This document shows positions 24,311-34,278 of a DNA stretch of 36,373 nucleotides, piece by piece; position 1 is the first letter of the stretch, and the number at the start of each line of letters is the position of its first letter. This DNA is from a virus. The position numbers and the translations under genes were made by a program. Where the stretch lies: UHGV virus genome UHGV-0172241; one strand, 5' to 3'. The notes under the pieces were generated by a model. It was given only the letters and a program-made list of their open reading frames with translations, was not told the DNA's origin and searched no databases.

Positions 24311-27300
24311 TTGGCTAATTACAAGGTATCTACAGAGGTTACAGCTGATGTCAGTAGGTTTAAAAAGCAAATACAAGCAGCTAAAAGAGTTTCTGAAAAA
24401 TTCAAAGCAGTTGTAGAGAAACTAAAAGACAACGATGTTGACGCTGACACATCAAACTTCGATAAAAAGATCGATAAATCAAAAGCTAAAGCACAAGAAT
24501 TAGACAAAATGAAGATAGATCCTGACGTCACAGCTGATATAAGCGAGTTTTCAAGAAAAACTGACGAAGTTAAGTCTATCATCAACAGATTAGATAAAAC
24601 TAACGCAGATACTGAAATCACAGCAGATATTGACAAAGCTGTTAGAAATATAAAAAGTCTACAAGGACTTGTAAACGGTATTAAAAACGGCGAAATTGAT
24701 ATAGATGCAAACACAAAGCGTGCTGAAACAAGAATTAAGAACATTGAAGCTAGTTTGAAAGCTTTAAGCTCATCTAAAGCAACAGCAGAAATTAGAGTTA
24801 ATTCGGAAGAAGCTAGAAGAAAAATTGTGGAAACTAAAAAAGCGTTGCTTGAATTTGCTAAAAAGAGAGCTACAGCCAAATTAGAAGTAGACAGCAAACT
24901 AGCAAATTCAGAAGTTAGCCGGTTTAAATTGATGCTAAAAAGTATACCTAACAAAATAAAAACTAGGGTAACTTTAGACTCAAATGGATTCAGAAATGCG
25001 TTAACAGGGTTAAATAGACAAGTTGATGTTTTTCAAGGTCGAATGGATCGCATCGCTAAATCAATCAGAACATTTGGTACTATTGGAGCAAATACAATTA
25101 AAGGTTCGTTATTATCTTCATTTAGTGCGTTAATACCCATATTAGGAAGCTTAGTACCAGCAGTCGCCGCTGTAGGTAATGCTACTGTTGCACTAGGAGG
25201 CGGTGCTGTTGGTGCTGCTGGAGCGTTCGGAGTGTTGCGCTTAGGTGTTACCGGTTTCGCTGGAATGGCTGTAACAGCTATAAAAATGCTTGAAAAAGGT
25301 ACGATTAGTGCAAGTAGTGCTACAAACAACTATAAAAACGCTTTGAATGGTGTTAAATCAACTTGGCAAAGCATTGTGAAAGAAAATGCGTCTCAAATAT
25401 TTGGTGCAATGGCTTCTGGTATAAGAAGTGCTACAAGCGCGTTAAATCAAATGAGACCATTTTTATCAGGTATAGCAACGCTAATCAGCGATAATGCAGC
25501 CAAATTAAGAACATGGGTAACTAGCTCTAGCACAGCACAGAATGCGTTTAGAGCGTTAAATACAGTAGGTGTTCAAATTTTCGGAGATTTACTCAATGCA
25601 GGTGGACGTTTTGGCGACGGTTTAGTATCAATATTCACTCAACTAATGCCGTTATTCAAATGGTCCTCTCAAGGTTTTCAAAACATGTCTATGGCCTTTC
25701 AAAAATGGGCTAACAGTGTTGAAGGTAGTCGAGCTATACAAAACTTCATTAACTATACTAAAACCAATTTACCAATTATATCTAATATCTTCAAAAATAC
25801 GTTTATAGGCATATTTAATATCTTTAAAGCTTTCGCTCCTAATTCAACAACGATATTCCAATCATTAGAGAAAATGACGCAAAAATTTGCTGAATGGTCG
25901 GCTGGAATATCTAAGTCAGACGGATTTAAGAAATTTGTTCAATATATGAACCAAAACGGCCCGGTTATCATGCAGTTAATAGGTAACATTGCAATGGCTT
26001 TGGTTAATTTTGGTATCGCAATGGCACCTATTGCAGCACAAGTATTGAAAGTTGTAACAGCTTTTGCCGGTTGGGTGGCTAAATTGTTCGAAACACACCC
26101 GGCGGTTGCTAAAGTACTTGGCGTTTCAATATCTTTAGGTGGCGCTTTAATGGCTTTGATACCTAACATCGTAGGTGTAACAACATTCTTAGGGCCTTTA
26201 ATAACTAAAATTATAGGGTTAGTTAGTAAATTAGGTCTTGGCAAAACCGCTATACAAGCCTTAACTAAAGTGTTTACATTGCTTTTTGGTAAAGCATCTC
26301 TAGTTAGAACCGTTTTCGGTCTGCTTGTTGGTGTTTTCACTTCTTTAAGTGCGCCAGTTTTGGCAGTTATAGCTGTCATAGGTTCACTAGTAGCTATATT
26401 CGTTTATTTATGGAAAACTAACGACGGATTTAGAGAAGCGTGTGTCAATGCTTGGAATGTTATCAAAACAACTGTATCAACGGTTGTCACTGCTATCGTT
26501 ACATTCGTTCAAAGCATTTGGGGCGGATTAGTAGCATGGTGGCAAGAAAATCATGTACTTATACAAGCTGCAGCAACAACCGTATGGAATGCTATCAAAA
26601 CAGTCATTATGACAGTAATGAATGCGCTCGGTCCTTCTATGAAAACAGCGTGGGAAGTAATCAAACAAGCTGTTATCATCGTTTGGGAAGTTATTAAGAC
26701 GACTATTCAAGTAGCTATAAATGTTGTTTGGGGTGTTATAAAAACTATTATGCAATTGATCACTGGAGATTGGTCAGGAGCTTGGAACACAATCAAACAA
26801 ACAGCGATGACCGTATGGAATTTAATCAAAAGTGGAGCAACAGCAATTTTCAATGCCTTAAAAGCGGCTTTATCAGCAATTTGGAATGCTATCAAGTCTG
26901 CTGCATCTGGCGCTTGGAATGGTATGAAAGCAGTTATAATGGCTGCTGTTAACTATATTAAAAATAGAGTACAAGCACAGTGGAATATGCTCAAAGCTAT
27001 AACGACAGGTGTTTGGAATGGCATAAAAGCTGTGATTTCAGCTGTATGGAACGCAATCAAGTCATTTGTCACTTCGTCAGTTTCAAAAATCAAAAGCAGT
27101 GTGTCGTCAGGTTTTAATGGTGTTAGAAATGTTGTACGTTCAGTTATGAGTGCTGTTAAATCATTCATATCATCAGTTTGGAATGGCATTAAATCTATCA
27201 TTTCTAGAGCTGTAGGCACTGTTAAATCGTTTGTATCATCTGGTTTTAACGCAGTTAGAAATACAGTAAGTAGTATTATGGGTAGAGTAAAAGGTATCAT

Positions 27301-27967
27301 AAGTAGCATTTGGAATGCCATCAAATCTACAGTGTCGAACGCTGTTCATAACATGGCTAGCGCAATGTCTAGCGGTATGAGCCGAATGGGTAGTGCTGTA
27401 CACAGCGGGATGAGTCGTGTTAGTAGTGCTGTTAGAAACGGTATTTCTGGAGCTTATAACGCTGTTAGAGGCGGCGTTTATAGAATGGTTTCGGCGGGTG
27501 CTGACTTAGCTCGTGGTATCGCTAGAGGTATCATGAATATGGCCGGTTATGTAATGTCGAGAGCTCGAGAGCTAGCAAGTAGAGCTGTAAGTGCAATTAA
27601 ACGTGCGTTGCGTATACATTCTCCTTCACGCGTCATGCGTGATGAAGTCGGTGTATTCATCGCTAAAGGTTTAACTGTAGGTATGATGCAAGAAGGAAAT
27701 AACACAATCAAGAGCGCAGCAAAACTTGGCGACAGAGTAGCCAACGCATTCACTCCACAACTACAAACACCGGAAATATCTGGAATTTCTCAAGGTATTA
27801 AAGGATTAAAAGACAGCATACAAGATGATTTAAACGCATCATACAACGTAAAAGCAGAGCCGACAACAAATACTATCAAAATACAATTAGACCTCGACGA
27901 CGAAGCTATTACAGCTAAGGTTGACGGTGTTCACGCTACTAAAGATATGATGCTTGTTAGAAATTAA
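24311..27967 (+). CDS. tail tape measure protein
   Basis: 1218 aa. TTG start after RBS GGGAAGGAGTGAGG. N-terminal coiled coil, a Gly/Ala-rich TM region, and about 20 tandem 11-residue W-N-x-I-K-S/T repeats. Confidence 0.9.
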   Translation: MANYKVSTEVTADVSRFKKQIQAAKRVSEKFKAVVEKLKDNDVDADTSNFDKKIDKSKAKAQELDKMKIDPDVTADISEFSRKTDEVKSIINRLDKTNADTEITADIDKAVRNIKSLQGLVNGIKNGEIDIDANTKRAETRIKNIEASLKALSSSKATAEIRVNSEEARRKIVETKKALLEFAKKRATAKLEVDSKLANSEVSRFKLMLKSIPNKIKTRVTLDSNGFRNALTGLNRQVDVFQGRMDRIAKSIRTFGTIGANTIKGSLLSSFSALIPILGSLVPAVAAVGNATVALGGGAVGAAGAFGVLRLGVTGFAGMAVTAIKMLEKGTISASSATNNYKNALNGVKSTWQSIVKENASQIFGAMASGIRSATSALNQMRPFLSGIATLISDNAAKLRTWVTSSSTAQNAFRALNTVGVQIFGDLLNAGGRFGDGLVSIFTQLMPLFKWSSQGFQNMSMAFQKWANSVEGSRAIQNFINYTKTNLPIISNIFKNTFIGIFNIFKAFAPNSTTIFQSLEKMTQKFAEWSAGISKSDGFKKFVQYMNQNGPVIMQLIGNIAMALVNFGIAMAPIAAQVLKVVTAFAGWVAKLFETHPAVAKVLGVSISLGGALMALIPNIVGVTTFLGPLITKIIGLVSKLGLGKTAIQALTKVFTLLFGKASLVRTVFGLLVGVFTSLSAPVLAVIAVIGSLVAIFVYLWKTNDGFREACVNAWNVIKTTVSTVVTAIVTFVQSIWGGLVAWWQENHVLIQAAATTVWNAIKTVIMTVMNALGPSMKTAWEVIKQAVIIVWEVIKTTIQVAINVVWGVIKTIMQLITGDWSGAWNTIKQTAMTVWNLIKSGATAIFNALKAALSAIWNAIKSAASGAWNGMKAVIMAAVNYIKNRVQAQWNMLKAITTGVWNGIKAVISAVWNAIKSFVTSSVSKIKSSVSSGFNGVRNVVRSVMSAVKSFISSVWNGIKSIISRAVGTVKSFVSSGFNAVRNTVSSIMGRVKGIISSIWNAIKSTVSNAVHNMASAMSSGMSRMGSAVHSGMSRVSSAVRNGISGAYNAVRGGVYRMVSAGADLARGIARGIMNMAGYVMSRARELASRAVSAIKRALRIHSPSRVMRDEVGVFIAKGLTVGMMQEGNNTIKSAAKLGDRVANAFTPQLQTPEISGISQGIKGLKDSIQDDLNASYNVKAEPTTNTIKIQLDLDDEAITAKVDGVHATKDMMLVRN

Positions 27968-27987
27968 AAAGAAAGTAGGTGCACTAG

Positions 27988-28941
27988 TTGGATGTACTCA
28001 TACAGAAATTTGACGGGGAGTCATTCACTCTAGGTAGCGCTGGCATAATTGTTCATGATTTCAACGTAAGTGGCTTAGAGCTAGAAACAGAATACGAACA
28101 AATAGACGGCTTACACGGCCGTTTTGACATGGGTGGCGTTTATCGTAAAAGAACGGTAAGCGTGCCCATTTCTTTCATTGCTGGCGAGCTTAGCGACTTC
28201 CCTTTGCACAGAGATAAGTTATTCAACATAGTTACTGATTTAGACGGTTTTTACATTAGAGAAATGAGAAGGCCAAAAAGATTGCAATATGAATTTAGAG
28301 ACACAACTTCCGACTCGGGTGGTTTAATTCTAGATGAAAACAACAAAGAAACATCGTTCGACACACCACAAACAGCTAATGAAATGTCGTCAGGTAAGCG
28401 TTATAAAGTAAGGTTGGCTAATGTTATAAGCTTAAGTCAATCTAATCATAAAGGCGAAGCTGAACTTGAATTTGAAACAATCGAATTGCCATTTGCAGAA
28501 AGTGTTAATACGACTTTATCGCTACACAATAACAAAAACTATCAAAATAGCAAAGATTGGTCGCACGGTATGGGTCTTATTAGCAATTCAGAAGCTTATA
28601 ACTACGTTTTTGATGCTGTAAATACATTAAGCTTTTATTACCCGGGCAACATACCCAACGATCAATCTAATATGGATAAGATAATTAAATTTGAGTTTAA
28701 AAAAGATAGCAAAGGTTTTTCTTTTACTATAAATGACATACTAGTGATTATTGAAGATGTAGACTTTAAAGCTGGAGAAACACTCATTTTTGACGGACAA
28801 AACATTTTGAATAACAACCTATCTATTTTGCAATCTTCAAATTACACACAACCGGAGATTAAAACCGGTTGGAACAAAATCGAAATTAAAAATAACGCAG
28901 TTGTCAAAACCACTGTAGACGCAAGATGTTATTACAAATAG
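27988..28941 (+). CDS. distal tail protein (Dit, siphovirus tail component family)
   Basis: 317 aa immediately after the tape measure gene. TTG start with RBS AAAGTAGGTG. Confidence 0.8.
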   Translation: MDVLIQKFDGESFTLGSAGIIVHDFNVSGLELETEYEQIDGLHGRFDMGGVYRKRTVSVPISFIAGELSDFPLHRDKLFNIVTDLDGFYIREMRRPKRLQYEFRDTTSDSGGLILDENNKETSFDTPQTANEMSSGKRYKVRLANVISLSQSNHKGEAELEFETIELPFAESVNTTLSLHNNKNYQNSKDWSHGMGLISNSEAYNYVFDAVNTLSFYYPGNIPNDQSNMDKIIKFEFKKDSKGFSFTINDILVIIEDVDFKAGETLIFDGQNILNNNLSILQSSNYTQPEIKTGWNKIEIKNNAVVKTTVDARCYYK

Positions 28942-28957
28942 AAAGTGAGATGACATA

Positions 28958-30988
28958 ATGAGAAAAATAATTACGCCACCTTTAAACGATGAAAATTTAG
29001 GCAGAATAAATGAAAATTTTTCCGAATTGTTTAGACGAGTTGAAAACGCTATAGAACAAATTTCGCAACAAATATGGAATAAAATTGTTGACCAAAACAC
29101 TATTAATCTTGGAACGCCGGTTAACAATTTAGATGATTTGCCTAGTAAAGACGCGCAAAATACAATTCGGTATGTAATACAAGAACAAAAAATATACGCT
29201 TTTAATGGCGAAAAATGGATACCGTTTGAAGAGGTTAATTATGACCCTTACCAACAGTTCAAAAAAGAATTAGACACTGCTGTAACGAAATATAAAACCG
29301 ATTTAACAAATCAATTAGATTTATCTAAACAAGATTTAGATAATTTGAACAAAACTATCGCAGATAGTTTAGGCTCAATAAACACAAAAGCAATTAACGA
29401 TGTTTCTAAATTAAAGAATGAAGTTGTTTCTTTAAAAACTTCTTTTGAAAGTGATTATGTTGATAAAACAAAAAGTTTTAATGAAAATTACACCGCAGCT
29501 TCAGAAGATTTGAAAGCTATTCAAAATGAAGTGGAAAACGCCAAAAATGAAATTGAAGCGAATCGTGATGAATACCCGCAGTTAAACGAAAAAGTCAACA
29601 CTATCAATGAAACACTTGACAGAGATAAACTAAATCAAACTGATTTTGTAGATAAATTAAGCAGACTGATGCAATTTGATGAGGTTCAAGTCAAAAAGTC
29701 TAATGAAACAACATTTACAGTGTCTTGCTACAATCAAACTACTAATAGACATATTACAAATTCGTTTACTAAAAACGCGAATGACGACTATTTCATCATG
29801 TCCGAATCTTATATCGGTGGCACTTCTATCGCCGAATTACCAAAAGAATATGTCAATTATACTAAGGTTAGTGGAACAATTGACACTAACTACGCAACTC
29901 ATTTTGCTACCGAGATTGGTACTAAAATAAAAGTCAACATTACAGGTACAGAGATATACATGAAACGATACGGAGACAATAGAGGTGGTGTTTGGGAGTT
30001 TATAATCGACGGCGACACTTCGAACAAAGTAAAAGTCACTACTTTTAAAAATACAGCAGGAACAGATGATTTTAAGATCGCTACTGGCTTGAATGATACA
30101 AATCATCTTATTGAAGGTACATTTTTAGGAGATGACTCTAATAATCCACCCTCTAGTGGTACTAGTCGTGGTTGGTTACCATATTCAGCAACAACGGAGA
30201 CAACTAAAACATTCTTTTCACGTTTTAATAATGTGAATATATCTAGAGATAAAGTGTTAAATGCAGCGTTGAGCAATAAAGATTTTGCTTTGAGAATACG
30301 TCCGAAAGGTAGTACTGGAGAATATCATTTTGTGCCTGAACATAATTCTATAGGCACAGCATTTAAAATCAATGCGCCAAAATTTTTATTAGACGGTAAA
30401 GAATTAGATATCTTCAGTTTACCTGTAGGCGTTTCTATGGTAGGTAAAAAATTCACTTTAATTCAATCTGTTTATGGAAGATATCCTACTGGTGCAATAA
30501 ATCTTTTGCGCATAGATAATATTCATGAGGTCTCATTAAACTCGAGCGTCAGAATGTTTGGTAAGGTTTCTGTTTTGCAAGATATAGATATTCAAGACGG
30601 ATATTTCTTAATGTTACCGGTAACAACCGATGTAGCGACAAGATTGAAAACGTCTCGATTTAATGACTATAACACAAAAGTTTATGACGGTAGCCAAACT
30701 ATATTAACAACAGAAAAAGATGATACAACATCTTTTGTTTTCACTAGCGAAGTTAATACTGATTTGTTTTCAGCTCTAAAAGTAAATGATCCTTACCATT
30801 CATTGCGTACAAACCAAGAGGGGAAATTTCCAGTTGGACGGACTGCATGGATTGAACACAGAAACAACAGCATGCAAAAGTTGTACCAATCAATTTACCG
30901 TTTATCATCTGTGGCTGCTGGAACTAATTTGTATTATGACGGAGTATATTTATCTGGAGAAATGACCAATATCCATAATTTGATGTAA
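28958..30988 (+). CDS. tail fiber / putative receptor-binding protein with an N-terminal coiled coil of about 200 aa
   Basis: Long heptad-like region (..DLTNQLDLSKQDLDNLNKTIADSLGSINTKAINDVSKLKNEVVSLK..) followed by a beta-rich C-terminal domain. Confidence 0.55.
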   Translation: MRKIITPPLNDENLGRINENFSELFRRVENAIEQISQQIWNKIVDQNTINLGTPVNNLDDLPSKDAQNTIRYVIQEQKIYAFNGEKWIPFEEVNYDPYQQFKKELDTAVTKYKTDLTNQLDLSKQDLDNLNKTIADSLGSINTKAINDVSKLKNEVVSLKTSFESDYVDKTKSFNENYTAASEDLKAIQNEVENAKNEIEANRDEYPQLNEKVNTINETLDRDKLNQTDFVDKLSRLMQFDEVQVKKSNETTFTVSCYNQTTNRHITNSFTKNANDDYFIMSESYIGGTSIAELPKEYVNYTKVSGTIDTNYATHFATEIGTKIKVNITGTEIYMKRYGDNRGGVWEFIIDGDTSNKVKVTTFKNTAGTDDFKIATGLNDTNHLIEGTFLGDDSNNPPSSGTSRGWLPYSATTETTKTFFSRFNNVNISRDKVLNAALSNKDFALRIRPKGSTGEYHFVPEHNSIGTAFKINAPKFLLDGKELDIFSLPVGVSMVGKKFTLIQSVYGRYPTGAINLLRIDNIHEVSLNSSVRMFGKVSVLQDIDIQDGYFLMLPVTTDVATRLKTSRFNDYNTKVYDGSQTILTTEKDDTTSFVFTSEVNTDLFSALKVNDPYHSLRTNQEGKFPVGRTAWIEHRNNSMQKLYQSIYRLSSVAAGTNLYYDGVYLSGEMTNIHNLM

Positions 30989-31028
30989 TTATAATAGTCT
31001 TAAAAGTCGAAGAGGGGAGTGTGAGTTT

Positions 31029-33212
31029 TTGGCACTTGTTTTTATAAATCCGGTTAACAAAAAAGATTATAGCGTTGAAGCAACAACAACTTTAAATAAA
31101 AAGATAAATGGAGATGGTCTTTTAGAAGTCAGGTTATTTGAAACGAAAGAAAACGCTGATTTTATTAACAAAGTTGGTAAACTTTGGTGGATTTCAAATG
31201 TGGATGGCAACGGAGATAAGAGAAAATACGTCATTATATCTATAAACAAAAAAACAGTAAACAAAAAACCAACGATATCCATTGTAGCAAGAGAAAAAGT
31301 TTACGACGACTTAGCTAACGACAGGTTTTATGAAAAGATTGACGGTAGCTATACAGGTAAGGCTTATTTCGATGCTGTATTTAAAGATACAATATATAAC
31401 TATACGTTAGTTGCAACTGTTTATGCTCAAGAATGGCAAAACGCAGGAGAGGGAGACTCAAGGTTAAACTTATTTTTAGGCGGTATTGATAGATATGGTT
31501 TAGAATTCGAGTATTTACCACAATCAAACACATTCATGCTAAAAGACAAAGTTTCGAGAGAGCCAGCGTATTACCTTTCAAGAAAAATTAACGCTAAAGA
31601 AATATCAGTCGATGAAGACGCATCTAATTGGGCCACTTATGCTAGAGGGTATGGTAACTTTTCAGATGAAGAAGGTTTCGAAAAAGCTTTATTGATAAGA
31701 GAATACGTGCATCCTTTAGAAAAAGTATTCAAACAGCGTAGACACGCAGAGCCTATTAAAGACGGAAGAATAAAAATTGAAGAAACAATGGACAAAGCAC
31801 TAAAATCATTGGTTGACGACTCCCTTAAAATTTCTATTTCTGTTGATTTTTTAACAACAAAGTTAAGAGACAAAACAGGAAAAATTAACTACGTTTCGCC
31901 TAAAGAAGGCGATATCATCATGGTTGAAGATGACACTATTGACTTTAGAGAGCGTTTCAGAATACTAGAAATAAAAGAAACAAGAGATGCAAGGCATGTC
32001 GTCACTAAGCAGGTTGTGACTTTAGGCGACAAGTCGCGTGAAGAGAGATATTACCAAAGCATTAGCGAAGCACAAAAGTATTTAGATGACTTGAAAAGAG
32101 GTCGTGTTAAATTAGGTTATAGTGTATTACCTCAAGCGGTAAAAACCAATACAGACGCACTGAAAAGAGCGAGAACTAACTTAGAATTTGGTTTGAGTGG
32201 TATAACTGCAAGAGACCCATTAGACCCCAATGTAATGACTGTTTTTAACAGTAGAGGTATTGGTATTAGTGATAATGGTGGTTATAATTTCAAAAGTGCG
32301 ATAACCGGTTATGGTATTAACGCGGATGCAATCACAACAGGTACGTTGATTGCTGACCATATCCGAGGTGGTACGCTGGCCAGTAACAATGACGATGTTT
32401 TATTTGAACTTGACGCTGGAAAATTGTCATTTCAAAAGAATAGTAGTATTGACTTTTATTCGAGTAAAAACAGTATTAAATACAACTACAATTTAGAAAA
32501 ATACAACGAATATACTAATAAAACTGAAACTATACACACTTCAATAGGTATGCGTATTTTAGATAACAAAAGCGACCAAAGGCCAGATAGCAGAGAAGTT
32601 GGTTTAAGTTTTGGTGTATTAGACTATGATGCAGACGAGCAAAACACAGCTGCGATGGCCGGTGGAATAGAATATATAAAAGGGTACCTAATAAAAGAAA
32701 ATAATGCGATGACTTTTTACGATGTCATAAATTTATATTCGGATACAATAAAATTAGGTGGTTCAAATATAAAGCTGGGTGTAAATGGTATGGAATACTA
32801 TTATTCGGTTGATAACGACGATATCGTCGACCCTACGCTTTATAAAAAAGGAACATCAGGCCATGTTTTAGCGCCTACAAGTCCACCGACAATGACAATG
32901 AACTTAGGTACTACTGAAAGACGGTTCGACACTTGTTATACAAATTCTTTTAACGGTATATACACATATCAAAATACCGACAGATACTTTTCTGCAATAC
33001 AAACTTTCGGATCAGGAAAAGTAAAAAATTTTGCTACAGAACACCCTGAATATAGTTTTTATAACGGTGTAGGTATCGCATTTTCAGAACAAACAAATGA
33101 CGCTTATATTAAAGTTGAAGATAGTTACTACTCATTTAGAGAAATAGTTAAAAAAATGCAATTAAAAGAATATAGATTCTATCCTGCTGGAAAAGGAATG
33201 GTAGAAGTATGA
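31029..33212 (+). CDS. Tal-like minor structural protein (prophage tail endopeptidase family-like)
   Basis: 727 aa, TTG start with RBS GAGGGGAG. Contains INADAITTGTLIADHIRGGTL-type motifs seen in siphovirus tail-tip proteins. Confidence 0.55.
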   Translation: MALVFINPVNKKDYSVEATTTLNKKINGDGLLEVRLFETKENADFINKVGKLWWISNVDGNGDKRKYVIISINKKTVNKKPTISIVAREKVYDDLANDRFYEKIDGSYTGKAYFDAVFKDTIYNYTLVATVYAQEWQNAGEGDSRLNLFLGGIDRYGLEFEYLPQSNTFMLKDKVSREPAYYLSRKINAKEISVDEDASNWATYARGYGNFSDEEGFEKALLIREYVHPLEKVFKQRRHAEPIKDGRIKIEETMDKALKSLVDDSLKISISVDFLTTKLRDKTGKINYVSPKEGDIIMVEDDTIDFRERFRILEIKETRDARHVVTKQVVTLGDKSREERYYQSISEAQKYLDDLKRGRVKLGYSVLPQAVKTNTDALKRARTNLEFGLSGITARDPLDPNVMTVFNSRGIGISDNGGYNFKSAITGYGINADAITTGTLIADHIRGGTLASNNDDVLFELDAGKLSFQKNSSIDFYSSKNSIKYNYNLEKYNEYTNKTETIHTSIGMRILDNKSDQRPDSREVGLSFGVLDYDADEQNTAAMAGGIEYIKGYLIKENNAMTFYDVINLYSDTIKLGGSNIKLGVNGMEYYYSVDNDDIVDPTLYKKGTSGHVLAPTSPPTMTMNLGTTERRFDTCYTNSFNGIYTYQNTDRYFSAIQTFGSGKVKNFATEHPEYSFYNGVGIAFSEQTNDAYIKVEDSYYSFREIVKKMQLKEYRFYPAGKGMVEV

Positions 33213-33355
33213 ATGAAAAATCAGTAACAGAAGCAGTTTTAGAAAAAAGATTAATAGAAGAAATGAACAAGTCTATTAGTTTAGAAATACAACTTATAGA
33301 ACAAAGCAAAAAAATAGAAGAATTAAAATCACAATTGAAAGAAGATAAAGAATAA
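33209..33355 (+). CDS. small coiled-coil protein (48 aa)
   Basis: ATGA overlap with the upstream gene. MNEKSVTEAVLEKRLIEEMNKSISLEIQLIEQSKKIEELKSQLKEDKE. Confidence 0.4.
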   Translation: MNEKSVTEAVLEKRLIEEMNKSISLEIQLIEQSKKIEELKSQLKEDKE

Positions 33356-33387
33356 ATCTTTTTATCAATTTTTAAGTAGGTGGGTAT

Positions 33388-33684
33388 ATGGATAACAACC
33401 AAAGAGGCGACCTTGAGCGTCGAGTAAGTAGATTAGAAGATAATGATGAGAAAATTTTTACCTCTTTGGAACAGATAAAAGACGGTCAACATAATCAGAA
33501 TTTAGTTAATCAAAAAATGAATTTTACTTTGGATAGCATCAATAGAGAACGTGAAATCGAAAAAGAAAGTAAAAAAGAAAATAAAAAAAATATCAAAGAA
33601 ATTAAAATGTGGGTACTCGGGCTGGTCGGAACAATAATTGGTTCATTGATTATAGCAGTACTACGTTTAGTTTTCGGCATTTGA
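33388..33684 (+). CDS. XhlA-like lysis-associated membrane protein (N-terminal coiled coil, C-terminal TM)
   Basis: 98 aa. RVSRLEDNDEKIF...coiled coil, then the hydrophobic C-terminus WVLGLVGTIIGSLIIAVLRLVFGI. RBS GGTGGG upstream. Confidence 0.5.
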   Translation: MDNNQRGDLERRVSRLEDNDEKIFTSLEQIKDGQHNQNLVNQKMNFTLDSINREREIEKESKKENKKNIKEIKMWVLGLVGTIIGSLIIAVLRLVFGI

Positions 33685-33699
33685 AAGGAGGTGAAAACT

Positions 33700-33762
33700 A
33701 TGTTCAAATTTTTACTCGGTGCAAACCTTTGGTCTTGTTTCTGGTTCGGTAAATGCAAGTAG
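33700..33762 (+). CDS. 20-aa aromatic/Cys-rich peptide MFKFLLGANLWSCFWFGKCK
   Basis: Very strong SD AAAGGAGGTGA (33684-33694) 5 nt before the ATG. A hairpin terminator lies immediately downstream. Confidence 0.4.
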   Translation: MFKFLLGANLWSCFWFGKCK

Positions 33763-33775
33763 CATTTAATAAAAG

Positions 33776-33800
33776 GTCGACGCATTGCGTCGGCTTTTTT
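33776..33800 (+). terminator. rho-independent terminator after the 20-aa peptide ORF
   Basis: Stem CGACGCA/TGCGTCG then T6 (GGCTTTTTTATTTT). Confidence 0.55.
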
Positions 33801-33825
33801 ATTTTATTCAAAAGGAGATAATCAA

Positions 33826-34278
33826 ATGAAAATTAATTGGATAAACAGACTAAAAAATAAGGCAACCCTATCAGCTTTGATTGGGACGCTTTTTTTATTG
33901 GCAAAACAAATTGCTGAAATTTTCGGCGTAGATATCTCACAACAATTAGAAGCTGTTAGCGGCATTGTAGGCACTATTTTAACGCTTCTAGCTGGTTTGG
34001 GTATTATCACTAACCCGAATACAAAAGGCGTCTATGACGCCGGCTTAGACATGCAATTGAATAAACCTAGAAACGAGGATACACATCCGGTTCAATTTAA
34101 ATCTGAAAACACTGTACCTAACGCATTAACACCAAAAACATACGACACAACAGAACCATTTTCAGATGATAACGATGAAGTCGCAGTCGATGACGCAAAA
34201 AGTGGCGGTCACTACACAGATGTACCAGAAGAAGAACGCGACAATTCAGACGAAAAAGCGTTATCGGAGGAAGAATAA
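33826..34278 (+). CDS. holin (phi11/r1t-type phage holin)
   Basis: MKINWINRLKNKATLSALIGTLFLLAKQIAEIFG... A TM helix, a second TM helix, then an acidic C-terminal tail. Immediately upstream of the endolysin, with an ATGA overlap. Confidence 0.8.
   Translation: MKINWINRLKNKATLSALIGTLFLLAKQIAEIFGVDISQQLEAVSGIVGTILTLLAGLGIITNPNTKGVYDAGLDMQLNKPRNEDTHPVQFKSENTVPNALTPKTYDTTEPFSDDNDEVAVDDAKSGGHYTDVPEEERDNSDEKALSEEE

Noticed and set aside
24319-27324. Long minus-strand ORFs (211, 98, 146 and 123 aa) and plus-strand ORFs in other frames inside the tape-measure gene
   Set aside because: They lie wholly inside a 1218-aa well-supported gene and have no RBS. They are artefacts of the repetitive, Ala/Ser/Thr-rich and stop-poor codon composition of the tape-measure repeats.
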